A stretch of 64,000 nucleotides of DNA from a virus (IMGVR_UViG_3300035681_000001:1-64000), one strand, 5' to 3'; counted from the stretch's first letter, positions 34,703 to 44,774 are shown. Made by a program: numbers and translations. The notes: generated by a model not told the origin, from the letters alone.

Positions 34703-36476
34703 CTTTTCAGGTCAAGAGCTAATGGTAGCTACAGCCTGGTCAAAAGATCCGGCTATGGAGCGAGCTTTTACAGAACCTGAAGTCTTAACCTTACCTGATG
34801 GTACTACTTACAAAAACCCATACGCTGACCTGCACACACTAACGGCAGTTAAGTGCTGTGCCCCAGCATTATTCCAGGGAGTCCCAGAACACGAGTGGGT
34901 AAGTAACGCTAAAGAAAACGGATCTAGACACAACGGTAAAACTACAAACTTTGGGATTATCTTTGATCAAACAGCAGAATCTCTATCACTACTCAACCAC
35001 GTTAAACTGACTGAAACTGAGCAATGGGTAAAAGGCCACAAGCAAACCTACGCAGGTTATCACCACTGGGCTGAAGAATACGGAGCTATAGCTGCCGCTC
35101 GCGGCTTTGCTGTTAGCCCGGTGTCTAAAGCTATTCGCTGGGTAGATGAAGAAAACTCCAAAGGTGGTGGGGAATCGCCAGCTAGAGCTGCGGTTAATTA
35201 TGCCATCCAAGGGGAATCTAGTATGATAACCAAGGAATGTTTGATCAGGTTATATGAAACTTTGCCACCAGAAATAAGAATACTAAATACAGTCCACGAT
35301 AGATTTTGTCGTGGTTAAATAACTTTAATTGCTGGAAACTCCTTAGAGCTTAACTCACCACAACGTAGTCGGCAACGACAAGCGTGACGGTTCAAAAAGA
35401 GTTATGATTGGGTCTAGTACTTTGTCTGACTAGCAGTGTAAGACTGAAAGCTCCACTTGTATTGGTAACAGCTAATGGGACAGGGACCAATCCACTCAAG
35501 AAAAGCAGGAATGCTCTTTTTAGAGAGGAATATTTTACCTTTACCGTCAGTTCGTGAGCGAAAACCCAACGACTTGAGTTGAATCACAAGTCGTTGTCGT
35601 TCAGCCAATGTAAAAGAATGGGCTGCAAATGCAATTTGTCTTAGGTATCCGTTGCAGGAGTCAAAGCCTCCATCACCGATGTACCACATAGATGCAGCTA
35701 AAGGGGTTAGTTGTAAATCCCGAGGAAGAATCTTTTTCTTCTCCGGATACCAGCGATGCCAAAAAGGTATGAGAAAATCCGATCTCAATGAGTCTACTTG
35801 GTAGGTTACACCTGTTGAGTAACCATTAGGTTTAGACTGGAGGTTAGGAGAAAAAGGAACGGATTTGCCTAGCTGGGCTCTAACCCAAATAGAAAAGTCC
35901 TTTTCTTTACAGTTATAACCAAATCTCGGGCGCCCTAAAGGTGTTTTCGAGTAGTTGGTTAAATAACCATCTCCTAACAGCAGACCATCCAGTAAGCTTC
36001 TCATTAAGCTAGCAACATTTGCTTAAGTTTAGCACTATCGGTTATACAGAAGAAAAATCCTGATGGACAATCAGCAGCCAAGGGTCTAGGCTGTAACCAG
36101 CTTAGATCAAGGTTCATCGGCTATCGCGGAAGCGAGTAGGACTCAAGAGAGTTCGAAACGGGTTACTAGTGAAAACTAGAAGATATAGTCAGAACTTTTG
36201 CGAAAGCAAAAGAAGCCTTACGGAATCGGTAAGGCTGCAACACTAACGGAGATCAATTTTGAGGCGCCAGGCCGATGTTGGCTAGACTTAGATCGCTCTA
36301 AATTTGATAATAACTTACTAATAAACCCTGTGTTTGCTTACGATGAACAAGCTCTAGCTACAGCAGAACGCATTACGCAATTAATGGTAAACACTGAAAC
36401 CGAGTTCTTTCAGGCTGCCGGCTCACCTATTCAAGGTCGAGCCGAATACGCTATAGCCCCTTATTGGAAACACTAG
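34617..36476 (+). CDS. polA: family A DNA polymerase, C-terminal part; join(34617..35300,36249..36476)
   Basis: Motif A VDFSGQEL, motif B R...KTTNFGII, A.NYAIQG, and motif C restored by splicing as TVHD|EINFE. Confidence 0.88.
35414..36004 (-). CDS. LAGLIDADG homing endonuclease, antisense within the polA intron
   Basis: LLDGLLLGDGYL and LTPLAASMWYIGDGG motifs (LAGLIDADG_2-like). Confidence 0.88.
   Translation of the reverse strand: MRSLLDGLLLGDGYLTNYSKTPLGRPRFGYNCKEKDFSIWVRAQLGKSVPFSPNLQSKPNGYSTGVTYQVDSLRSDFLIPFWHRWYPEKKKILPRDLQLTPLAASMWYIGDGGFDSCNGYLRQIAFAAHSFTLAERQRLVIQLKSLGFRSRTDGKGKIFLSKKSIPAFLEWIGPCPISCYQYKWSFQSYTASQTKY
36026..36034 (-). promoter_or_regulatory. candidate extended -10 (TGCTAAACT) for the antisense endonuclease gene
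   Basis: TGnTAnnnT match about 21 nt upstream of ATG 36004. Confidence 0.3.
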
Positions 36477-36494
36477 TACTCACGCACCTAAGCA

Positions 36495-36830
36495 ATGGTA
36501 GAAATCCAATTCAAAGCTCTAACCACCGTAACAGTGGCCATTACGGAACCTGTTTACTCTAAAATAAGCAGTGTACGCTCTAAATATAACAAACTAGAAT
36601 CGTTCCGTAGGTGGGATGGTGAGCAGTTTTTAATAATAGAAAAGAAAACCACTTCTAAAGGAGTGGTGTCTGTAACCCTTACAAAAGAGATTTATAAAGC
36701 CTCACTAATAAAAAGCGAAGAAGCCTCAGAGCAAATTCTAGGTAAAGGTAAGTACGCACTCACTAAAGAAGAATTCTATACAGAACTAAAGGCAGCCATC
36801 GGACCTTTCTTAGCTACTATGGAAGGCTAA
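36495..36830 (+). CDS. hypothetical protein
   Basis: 111-aa ORF in the replication array. Confidence 0.7.
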   Translation: MVEIQFKALTTVTVAITEPVYSKISSVRSKYNKLESFRRWDGEQFLIIEKKTTSKGVVSVTLTKEIYKASLIKSEEASEQILGKGKYALTKEEFYTELKAAIGPFLATMEG

Positions 36831-37030
36831 TGCCGCTACACCTGGTAACCTATGAACTTACCGATACTACAATAAGTTATTATCCGAAGACTAAATTAGT
36901 GTTAGTTGATTGTGCTGACGAAGAAGAAGCGCTGGCCTTACTAGAAACCAAACACCCTATTACTTATTGTGGCGTTGAAATTCTAGAGTTCGAGCCAGTA
37001 TTAAGTAACCAAAACACAAAGAAAACCTAA
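36830..37030 (+). CDS. hypothetical protein
   Basis: 66 aa with a TAATG overlap. Confidence 0.6.
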   Translation: MPLHLVTYELTDTTISYYPKTKLVLVDCADEEEALALLETKHPITYCGVEILEFEPVLSNQNTKKT

Positions 37031-37066
37031 AAATATATAAAACCAAAATCCAAAAAACCAAAACCA

Positions 37067-38401
37067 ATGAGTGCCTCACGAATTGATTTAGCTCAAGTTA
37101 CAGACTTAACTGAAGCTACTAGGTGGGTGTATGACCCCGACAAAGAACTATCTGTAGGTGCTGCTTTAAGGCATGTACACCTAGAGCAAGTTAGTAATGA
37201 AAAAGTAGCCCTGACGGCTTACGCTACAGGTCAAGCTTGGTTGCGCCGGCTAGCACCAGCTAGTGGTGTAATAGGTACCCAGTACCTCTATGATGGAGAA
37301 GACTTGATCTCCCGAGTAGCAAACCAACAGATCTGGCGTAAGTCTTCTTTACGTATAAGTCAGAACCGTAACGGATCACTAAAACTAGAATGCGTACAAC
37401 GTATTGAAGCTGACGGAACTGTAGTTTCTGCAGGAAATATCAACCTCAATACGTACTCAGGTGACTTAGATGATTTCTCAATACCCGACGCCAGTGATTA
37501 CGTATTAGTAGCTCACACTGATTTAGGGTACGACTTTAAGAGTCTAGCTAGGGTAGCTGGAGAATATTCCGCTCTAAGGGGAGATTCAGCTAACCGAGCA
37601 GTATGGTTGTGCCTAGAACAAAACCTACGTCTAAGCGTAACCGAGCGGGCTTCTGACCGAGGTATTGGGCTGTTAACTCACACCTTACCTACTACTGTCG
37701 TACACCCTATACGTCTAGGCTTTCAAGGCCGGCACCTTAATAAAATAGCAGACGTAGTAGAAGAAAGCCCAGTACTTACTATCCACGTTGATTCTTTAGA
37801 CAACCCTACACGAGTAAGGTTTAGTGGTTTTGGTGGGTGGGTAGACCTACCGGTAGTAGCCGAATACCACTGTAGAGCTCTTTCTAGGGGAGCTATGGGT
37901 GTGTTTCTAGGTGAAAACTACACACGTACTGAATCTGAATCCGTAATTTTCAACGTAGAAGACCTACAAGACGGCATAGCTATCCAAGCTCCTAAGAAAG
38001 GAGCCACTCGCAATGACGTAGTATTAGAACTACAAGACCAAAAACTGTTGGTATCAAAGCGTTCTGACATACGTAGGTCTGAGCTTTCTACCATCCCGTT
38101 ACATGAAGCTAGCACCGTAGAGTGGACAGACGTAGTAGTAGATCACACTTACTTAACAGATGGTGTAACTGCTTTAGATTCTTTCTTAAAAGCAGCTGAC
38201 AAAAGAGCACGGTTACCTGAACTAACTGACGAACCTACTACACCTATAAACGTAAGGTTGGTCTCAGTAACACAATCAGTGTCTAGTAGTAACGTGCATT
38301 TGTTGCTAATCCGACCCGCTATCGACCAAGACTACGAGTGTCAAGTAGCACTTATAGTAAACACCAAAGCCCAAACTAATGACTACAACGAAGCGGACTA
38401 A
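37067..38401 (+). CDS. putative sliding-clamp (DnaN/beta-like) protein
   Basis: 444 aa, beta-rich, with weak clamp-like patterns (LRHVHLEQ...VALTAYATG; RLGFQGRHLNKIADVV..SPVL.I). It lies near polA and the dnaX-like gene. The function call is low confidence. Confidence 0.35.
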   Translation: MSASRIDLAQVTDLTEATRWVYDPDKELSVGAALRHVHLEQVSNEKVALTAYATGQAWLRRLAPASGVIGTQYLYDGEDLISRVANQQIWRKSSLRISQNRNGSLKLECVQRIEADGTVVSAGNINLNTYSGDLDDFSIPDASDYVLVAHTDLGYDFKSLARVAGEYSALRGDSANRAVWLCLEQNLRLSVTERASDRGIGLLTHTLPTTVVHPIRLGFQGRHLNKIADVVEESPVLTIHVDSLDNPTRVRFSGFGGWVDLPVVAEYHCRALSRGAMGVFLGENYTRTESESVIFNVEDLQDGIAIQAPKKGATRNDVVLELQDQKLLVSKRSDIRRSELSTIPLHEASTVEWTDVVVDHTYLTDGVTALDSFLKAADKRARLPELTDEPTTPINVRLVSVTQSVSSSNVHLLLIRPAIDQDYECQVALIVNTKAQTNDYNEAD

Positions 38402-38756
38402 AGAGCGTACTGCATATCAATGCCAGTACCCATCAGTACTACCTTGGTCCAAAAGGCTGTGGGTACTGCAACCCGGAGATCTAGTACAACGAGAAAACGT
38501 AGTTTACCGAGTGTCTCAAGTTATTCGCTCTCAAATACCAGGAGCAAAACCACGAATAGTCTTAGTACCCAATGAAGACCCCCTACGGGACACAAACGAC
38601 TCTGATAAATCAAGACTACAACTGCCAGCTTTGCGCACTGGGCAAAGCACGAGCACACGCAAACACTCAACTGAAAGCGGGACAACCACTCAAACAGTGC
38701 ATACCTGGGGCGGGACCTCGGGACCTCAAGACCTTAAAACTGATAGTGATTTCTGA
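38379..38756 (+). CDS. hypothetical protein
   Basis: 125 aa. The C-terminal half overlaps the UDG gene out of frame. Confidence 0.45.
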   Translation: MTTTKRTKERTAYQCQYPSVLPWSKRLWVLQPGDLVQRENVVYRVSQVIRSQIPGAKPRIVLVPNEDPLRDTNDSDKSRLQLPALRTGQSTSTRKHSTESGTTTQTVHTWGGTSGPQDLKTDSDF

Positions 38757-39360
38757 TTACCCAGGACACTATGAAGAACTCTACGGGTGGCCACAAGTTG
38801 ACATCAATTCCATAAAAGGAGAGCGTAAAAACGGGGTGCTGCTACCTAGAAACTCAGGAGCGTTCTTACGAATGGTCATAAGTGGATTGTTAGGGTTGGA
38901 CTCCTACAAAGACGTTTGGATGACTAACGCAGTAAAATGCAACCCTACAAAAACTAAAGTCATAGAATCTGCACACCTTAAACCTTGTGTGCGGCAGTGG
39001 TTAGGACCTGAGTTACTAATACTAGATCAAGAGTGCCCTAAAGTACCTTTACTGGTGGCTGGTTTACAAGCATTCCGAGCAGTTAAAATGCTGTACCGGC
39101 AGCACACTACTCAACTAGAAACTTTAGGGTTCAATGGGTGTCGGCGTCGGAATGACCTTACGCTAAACGGCAGGCCGGTAGTGTTTGCACCTAACCCAGC
39201 CAGATCAGCTAGGTCTGAACCCCGCATAGAATCAACCGTGCTATTTAATGGTGGGAAGTGGGTAGTAGGTGAAAACGAGTGGTTATATCCACCACCACTA
39301 GGCTCACCAGTACGCAGTTTTATTGAAGACCTAAAGTTCTTGGCTCCGCTTTTAAGATGA
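38572..39360 (+). CDS. uracil-DNA glycosylase family 4-like protein
   Basis: C..C.L, VISDYPG..EE, WMTNAVKC.P and C...WL..EL motifs (Fe-S UDG pattern). Confidence 0.78.
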   Translation: MKTPYGTQTTLINQDYNCQLCALGKARAHANTQLKAGQPLKQCIPGAGPRDLKTLKLIVISDYPGHYEELYGWPQVDINSIKGERKNGVLLPRNSGAFLRMVISGLLGLDSYKDVWMTNAVKCNPTKTKVIESAHLKPCVRQWLGPELLILDQECPKVPLLVAGLQAFRAVKMLYRQHTTQLETLGFNGCRRRNDLTLNGRPVVFAPNPARSARSEPRIESTVLFNGGKWVVGENEWLYPPPLGSPVRSFIEDLKFLAPLLR

Positions 39361-41054
39361 CTGAAACCCTAGTCTTTGAATCCTATGAATCCTTAGAGCC
39401 CTTCAGTCCAGTAGAACCTAAACTACTTTCTGAGAAAATCAGCGGGTACCCTCAAGCACTAGCTAAGGCCCAAAAAGCCTACCGCAGCTACCGCAGCAGT
39501 TTTACAGGAGCTGACAACCGACCTTACCAAGCTGAATATGCAGCTTTGATGGCCCTGCGGCGATACAACATAATGGGGTACTCAATGGGTGTGGGTAAAA
39601 CCAGTATTACTCTGCTCACTATCCAGACCCTATACGAGCGGCTGAGTAAAGAAGCAACACCTTACCGAGCAGGTCTAGTACACATCTGTGTACCTTCGTT
39701 GTTAGCTGTAGCTAGGTGGGTAGAAGAACTAGAACGTATGCCGGCACTAAGGCATAAATATCGTGTGATTACTAAAGAAAAAGACCTACTAACTGCACCA
39801 CCTCAAGGTAAAAGCAGTGAAATCTTGTTGTATACACACGACTTTCCTAAAGGGAAAAGCAAAAGACTAACTCGTGGTACCAAAAACAGCCTGGCTCATT
39901 ACTTAAGTAAGTACTACCGACCTGCTTTCTTAATCATTGATGAAGTACACGGTCTACGAGGTGGCACGCAGCGTACTGGAGCCTTAAGTTACTTACGTGG
40001 CAGAGCGCGTAGGGTATTGGTGTTGTCTGGTACTCTTTCAGACGGCAACCTAGCTCAGATACATTCGTTGTGTAAATTCGTTTACCGTGAGCACTGGCCT
40101 TACCGCTCACCTCAGGCTTTTTCTGCACTGTTCGGGCAAAAACAACGCCTGGACACTAACTACCTCTACGGATCAGCTAGGCACACTGAAGTCCCAGAAA
40201 AGTACTTACAAAAACTAGATCCTAGTAAACTAGGGACCTACTACGCATTAATGCGTCACTTTATACATCGAGTAAAAATAGATGAACCTCAAGTAGCTCC
40301 TTATCTAACGCTGCCTGCTCAAACAGTAGAACTACATGAAATAGAACCTACTACAGAACAAAAAGCTGCCACTGCAACCTTCATTACTACACACCGGTCC
40401 GCTTTAGCTGCAGCGGCTCAAGCAGTCACCGTTACACAAAAAGCCGCAGTGCTGCGGCTCATACACCCTTTAATTGAACTAGCTAACTTTCCTACAATTC
40501 CCAGTAATAAACCTAGCCGCTTACTAGAAATAGTCCAAGCAGCCACAGGTAAAGTAGTAGTGTTTTGCAGCTACGTAGGGTCAGCTCGTTACGTGCACGA
40601 GTTTTTGATAAACCAACTGGGTACGGGCACTGCAGTTAGACTTTACGCTAATGACCCTGAACTAACACCTAGTACTTTAACCACTAAAGCTAGACAAGAA
40701 GTGCTCGACTCTTTTCGTTACAACGATCAAGTTCGAGTAGCAGTGCTGTCTATCAACCTAGCGTCTGAGGCCATTGAATTCCCTACAGCATCAGACACTG
40801 TTTTTTATTGTATGCCTTGGTCCAGCTACAAATTAGAACAATCAGTGCACCGAGTTGTTAGACCGGGAAACCGTCATACACAGGTCGGTACCCACTACTT
40901 ATACCAAAAAGGCATGATAGATGAGCATCAGGTAGCTTTAGCTATAGAGAAGATTAAAGCTAGTCGACTCTTACTAGACTATGAGCTAGACGCTAATGTG
41001 GAAGAAGTAGACCTAAGTCCTGCTGAAGCCCTCAGGCAACTACTAGCTGGTTAA
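39357..41054 (+). CDS. SNF2-like SF2 helicase
   Basis: MGVGKT, IIDEVH, LSGT and EQSVHRVVRPG motifs. Confidence 0.85.
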   Translation: MTETLVFESYESLEPFSPVEPKLLSEKISGYPQALAKAQKAYRSYRSSFTGADNRPYQAEYAALMALRRYNIMGYSMGVGKTSITLLTIQTLYERLSKEATPYRAGLVHICVPSLLAVARWVEELERMPALRHKYRVITKEKDLLTAPPQGKSSEILLYTHDFPKGKSKRLTRGTKNSLAHYLSKYYRPAFLIIDEVHGLRGGTQRTGALSYLRGRARRVLVLSGTLSDGNLAQIHSLCKFVYREHWPYRSPQAFSALFGQKQRLDTNYLYGSARHTEVPEKYLQKLDPSKLGTYYALMRHFIHRVKIDEPQVAPYLTLPAQTVELHEIEPTTEQKAATATFITTHRSALAAAAQAVTVTQKAAVLRLIHPLIELANFPTIPSNKPSRLLEIVQAATGKVVVFCSYVGSARYVHEFLINQLGTGTAVRLYANDPELTPSTLTTKARQEVLDSFRYNDQVRVAVLSINLASEAIEFPTASDTVFYCMPWSSYKLEQSVHRVVRPGNRHTQVGTHYLYQKGMIDEHQVALAIEKIKASRLLLDYELDANVEEVDLSPAEALRQLLAG

Positions 41055-41070
41055 CCTCGCACTTACCTTA

Positions 41071-41352
41071 ATGTTTAACGTTAGTCCTGAAATTGCCAAG
41101 TTTATTAAGGAACGTCGTCCTTACGGTTCGTTATACAACGACGTAGGTCTCAAACTGGAGACCATAACCACCTACCAAAAAAACGCACTTAGTCTGCTGT
41201 GTTCAGCAGAAGACTGTTCTGACCTTAGGGGTGTAGTGGAACAACTCCAAAGAGCTCGTGACAAGTCCACCGTAATGATTCAAGCCATCTTAGAAAAAAT
41301 CAATCAAGAAGAGAACAAAGAAAACCACGAGGACGAGCTGCACCAATTTTAG
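41071..41352 (+). CDS. hypothetical protein
   Basis: 93-aa ORF. Confidence 0.65.
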   Translation: MFNVSPEIAKFIKERRPYGSLYNDVGLKLETITTYQKNALSLLCSAEDCSDLRGVVEQLQRARDKSTVMIQAILEKINQEENKENHEDELHQF

Positions 41353-42450
41353 ATGCATAATTTTGCATACGCTTCAGCTCCTAAAGTGTGGGGTGACTAC
41401 TTTGGGCATGTAGAAGCTACTGCCCTTTGTAAAAAATACGTGTTGAACGGGGCTAGGTCACTACCCCGTTCTCTTTTTGTTTCTGGGCCATCAGGAGTCG
41501 GCAAGACAGCTTTAATTAGGCTGCTAATTCGTTCTTTTAGGTGTCAAGGTCGATTACCTACCGACCCAGATCCTTGCGGGCAATGTCCAGCTTGTTTAGA
41601 TCAAGATGAACGTCTAGGAGACAAAACCTTCACGGACGTATATTGGAACCAACCTGGTGGCGGCGAAGACGAAACGTTGTACGCCCAAGTAAAAGCTTCT
41701 TTGCAGTCAGCAGCTCGGGGTCAACTACGTACTAACCGTCCGGAACTAGACGTAAAGTGGGTAGTATTTGATGAATGGCAAGCTTTTCCTAGTAACATTC
41801 AATCCGAAGTGCTACTACGCACAGAACTTGAAGTACCAGGAAACAACGTTTGCTATGTCTTTTTGACTATGCAGGAAGACCGTTTATCAGAGCAAAACAA
41901 AATTGCTCTGATGCGCCGGGGTTCTTTTTTCAGGCTACTGCCTTTTAGTAACGTAGAAATCCAAAGGTTTATAGCTGAACGGTGGCCTGAAGTCTCACCT
42001 GAAGTAGGAGCCATGATAGCCAATAAGTCCCGTGGTTCAACCGGACTAGCTGTGGCTTACTACGATAACATTCGTCAACTAGACCTTAATCTAGGTCTGG
42101 AAGTAGCTGCTTACACTCTAGGTCAAGCTCGCAACGACCATCGGTGGGCATTGTGGCAAATCTTGGCTAATCGAGAGCGAATCACCAAACTACAAGAAGG
42201 TCTGGAGTTCTTGCAAAAAAGGGTAGAGCCTTTAGAGCTCTCTAGGCAACTACATCAAGACCTACTAAGAGCTATGGTCGTACCTACTGAACAGCAACTG
42301 TACGCTTCCAGTATGCTGCTGCAGTACCAAGCTCACTACCACAACACTTCGTTGTTAACCTATTTGGTAGCTTTGATGGGTATGGAACTAGTAAACGAAG
42401 CTGCGGTCTTTGCTACCTCAGGGGGTTCACTTGGATATACCTCTATCTAA
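41353..42450 (+). CDS. DnaX (gamma/tau)-like clamp-loader AAA+ ATPase
   Basis: GPSGVGKT Walker A, C......PCGQCPAC zinc module, VVFDE Walker B. Confidence 0.8.
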   Translation: MHNFAYASAPKVWGDYFGHVEATALCKKYVLNGARSLPRSLFVSGPSGVGKTALIRLLIRSFRCQGRLPTDPDPCGQCPACLDQDERLGDKTFTDVYWNQPGGGEDETLYAQVKASLQSAARGQLRTNRPELDVKWVVFDEWQAFPSNIQSEVLLRTELEVPGNNVCYVFLTMQEDRLSEQNKIALMRRGSFFRLLPFSNVEIQRFIAERWPEVSPEVGAMIANKSRGSTGLAVAYYDNIRQLDLNLGLEVAAYTLGQARNDHRWALWQILANRERITKLQEGLEFLQKRVEPLELSRQLHQDLLRAMVVPTEQQLYASSMLLQYQAHYHNTSLLTYLVALMGMELVNEAAVFATSGGSLGYTSI

Positions 42451-43393
42451 AGTTTACCTAACTCTAGGAAACGTTGAGCAGCTCTACTACACACTACAAA
42501 AACCCATCCGGTGTAAATACCACCCTACAACCTTAGAACTAGCTAAAGAAATAGAAACCCCAGTGTTGTTTGAAGACCCAGATGTTTTAATCTGGCCTTT
42601 GAGCCAAACTGGTAGCGGTCTGATAAAAACTAAAGCTAGTAGCACACCTAAAGGTGCTATTCCTAGCGACCAATTTGTAAAAGTAGCTAAAGGTAAAAGG
42701 GTCTTTATTATGTTCTGTGGGGTAGACGGTATAGTCAGCAAAAGTGACGTTACAGCAGCCAAAAAACTAGCTGGCGGTTGTTTTGAAATACTAGACCTGC
42801 GAGGGCAGTCTTTTAAGACTCACCAACCAGAACTAGATTCCGTACTAAGTAACTACCCCCTAACAGCTAAACACGCTGCCGCACAATTAACTAAACTGCA
42901 GGCACCACTGCAGTACCTAGTAGGTGAACTCTACCCTAAAGTAGAACACTCACTAATACAAGACCTAGCAACTCCTGAGGGGTTAGTTAGATGGGGTTCT
43001 TTTAACAGCACTGAGATCTATAAGTACTTTTTGCTACCTAACTACAAGCTGCCTCCTATTTTAGCTACAGCTAGGGCATGGGGGTTAGAACCTTACCTGA
43101 CACCTTTTGTAACACTAGTAAAACAGGACTTAACCGTAGCCTCACCAGGAGCACATTTAGCCAACTTTGCAGCTTGGGTTTACTACGCTACAAATTATTG
43201 GGCCACCGCTAACGCCACTGGTTTAAGCTACTACGAACCACCTAAAGGCTTAGGGTATTTTAGGTTCACGCCTTCATTGACAGCTAAGCGGTATTGGCAC
43301 GCTATAATAAAAGGGGATCTTACCTGCCCCAAACAAAGTACAACGTCAGGTAATACAGTAAACACTTCACTATTACCACTCAAAAATGTCTGA
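42410..43393 (+). CDS. hypothetical protein (possible clamp-loader delta-like subunit)
   Basis: 327 aa, adjacent to the DnaX-like gene. The function is inferred from context only. Confidence 0.5.
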   Translation: MLPQGVHLDIPLSKVYLTLGNVEQLYYTLQKPIRCKYHPTTLELAKEIETPVLFEDPDVLIWPLSQTGSGLIKTKASSTPKGAIPSDQFVKVAKGKRVFIMFCGVDGIVSKSDVTAAKKLAGGCFEILDLRGQSFKTHQPELDSVLSNYPLTAKHAAAQLTKLQAPLQYLVGELYPKVEHSLIQDLATPEGLVRWGSFNSTEIYKYFLLPNYKLPPILATARAWGLEPYLTPFVTLVKQDLTVASPGAHLANFAAWVYYATNYWATANATGLSYYEPPKGLGYFRFTPSLTAKRYWHAIIKGDLTCPKQSTTSGNTVNTSLLPLKNV

Positions 43394-44768
43394 CTTGACC
43401 GTAACTACCGAACCACAATTCCAAGGTCTGTACGACCTCAACTTACAAAATACAGAAGACCTATTCGTAGACAACACACCTGGATATATCCCACTTGCAC
43501 AGCAAGCAGTACCTAAGGCTTACGATCAAACTTGGAAAGCTCACCGTATCGTAAAATTCAACTCCGAAAAACTTGAATGGCGTCTGCCCGTTAGTGCAGC
43601 AGAACGAGCTGAAGGAAAAAAAGCACCTCAAGAAATTCTCCCTACTCCTGATCACCAATTTGTAGCAGTGCGTGGTATCCCGTTGGGGTTCCATTATGGA
43701 TTTAGTCTGACTGAAGGTAGCGGCACTGACTTTAAAGTACATTGCACTACTACACGAGTTGATGAACTCTTGGGACAAAATTCTCGTACCATTGAAGATC
43801 GCCACCCTCTGGAATTCCCTTTGGGTCGAGTAAACCAAAAAAGAACAGAGCCGCACACACCTAATAGGTGGTTTGCTAATAACCCTCACGTAAAACTTTA
43901 CGGTTCTAGGGGACCGGTAGGTCAACCTGCAGATGCACCTTTTGCGCTGCCTAGGTTGTGTGAAGATTGCGTAAAAGCTGGAGAGCACTACATTGGTAGT
44001 GAAGAAGCGTTCAAAGATCCTAAACAACAAATCCCCAGCTGCCGCATGTCTGGGTACTTGTTGTTTGCCGTATTCGAACTGGGTATCCAAGATCCTACAG
44101 ATCTTATGGAAGATCCAATCAACGGAACGGTCAAGGTCAAGTGGCGTAGTGTGGCCGAAGCTAAACTTCATACTGAAGTCAACGGTCAACGTGTACCTCT
44201 AGATCGACCGTTCATCTTGAAAATTGAAGGTCTAGGTAGCTCCCAGCAGTCTTCTATTGGTAAGGGGGAGTACGACTGGAAGGTCGAAACCCAAGCTGAT
44301 AGCAATACTTCTATCCTGCCTGCAGGTAAAAAACTGCTGTCAGCTGGAGATTTCTTTAACTACATCAATGACCGCAACTTTACTGGAATTCGTAACCGAA
44401 AACTAAAAGGCGGGAATATCGCCTATCCAGTAGTAACTGAGGTCTACACTGGTAAGCTGGCTGTAGCTAAAATGAACTCCACTTACATTCCGGTGTTCCT
44501 CCCAGTAACTGATCCAGAAGTAATTGCAGCTAACGAAGACTGGAAGCCACAAGATTGGCTGCTGGCTGCTCTAGCAGCTTTGCAATACGAGCGTTCGCTG
44601 GTATCTCCTAATGGAGCTGTGGCCGCACCTGCTCTCCCAACACCAGTCGCAACAGCAGCTTTGCCTGCTAAAACCACTCCAGCCAAAGCAACCAAAGCCA
44701 AAACCCCTGAAAGCTATCTAGCAGAACAAGGTTTTGAAGTATTTGGTATACCAACCACCGCAAACTAA
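43386..44768 (+). CDS. hypothetical replication-region protein
   Basis: 460 aa with CxxC and an Ala/Pro-rich tail. Confidence 0.75.
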   Translation: MSDLTVTTEPQFQGLYDLNLQNTEDLFVDNTPGYIPLAQQAVPKAYDQTWKAHRIVKFNSEKLEWRLPVSAAERAEGKKAPQEILPTPDHQFVAVRGIPLGFHYGFSLTEGSGTDFKVHCTTTRVDELLGQNSRTIEDRHPLEFPLGRVNQKRTEPHTPNRWFANNPHVKLYGSRGPVGQPADAPFALPRLCEDCVKAGEHYIGSEEAFKDPKQQIPSCRMSGYLLFAVFELGIQDPTDLMEDPINGTVKVKWRSVAEAKLHTEVNGQRVPLDRPFILKIEGLGSSQQSSIGKGEYDWKVETQADSNTSILPAGKKLLSAGDFFNYINDRNFTGIRNRKLKGGNIAYPVVTEVYTGKLAVAKMNSTYIPVFLPVTDPEVIAANEDWKPQDWLLAALAALQYERSLVSPNGAVAAPALPTPVATAALPAKTTPAKATKAKTPESYLAEQGFEVFGIPTTAN

Positions 44769-44774
44769 TCTCTA

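Larger units (their letters stand above)
35301..36248 (+). mobile_element. group I intron (948 nt) in polA motif C
   Basis: The exon ends in U (GAT) and the intron ends in G. Core elements: P 35327-35338, Q 36066-36082, R-like GGTTCATCGGCTAT 36111-36124, S AAGATATAGTC 36180-36190. Confidence 0.92.

Noticed and set aside
36198-36476. ORF-track 92-aa protein as an independent gene
   Set aside because: Its first 17 codons are intron sequence and the rest is the last polA exon (EINFE...).
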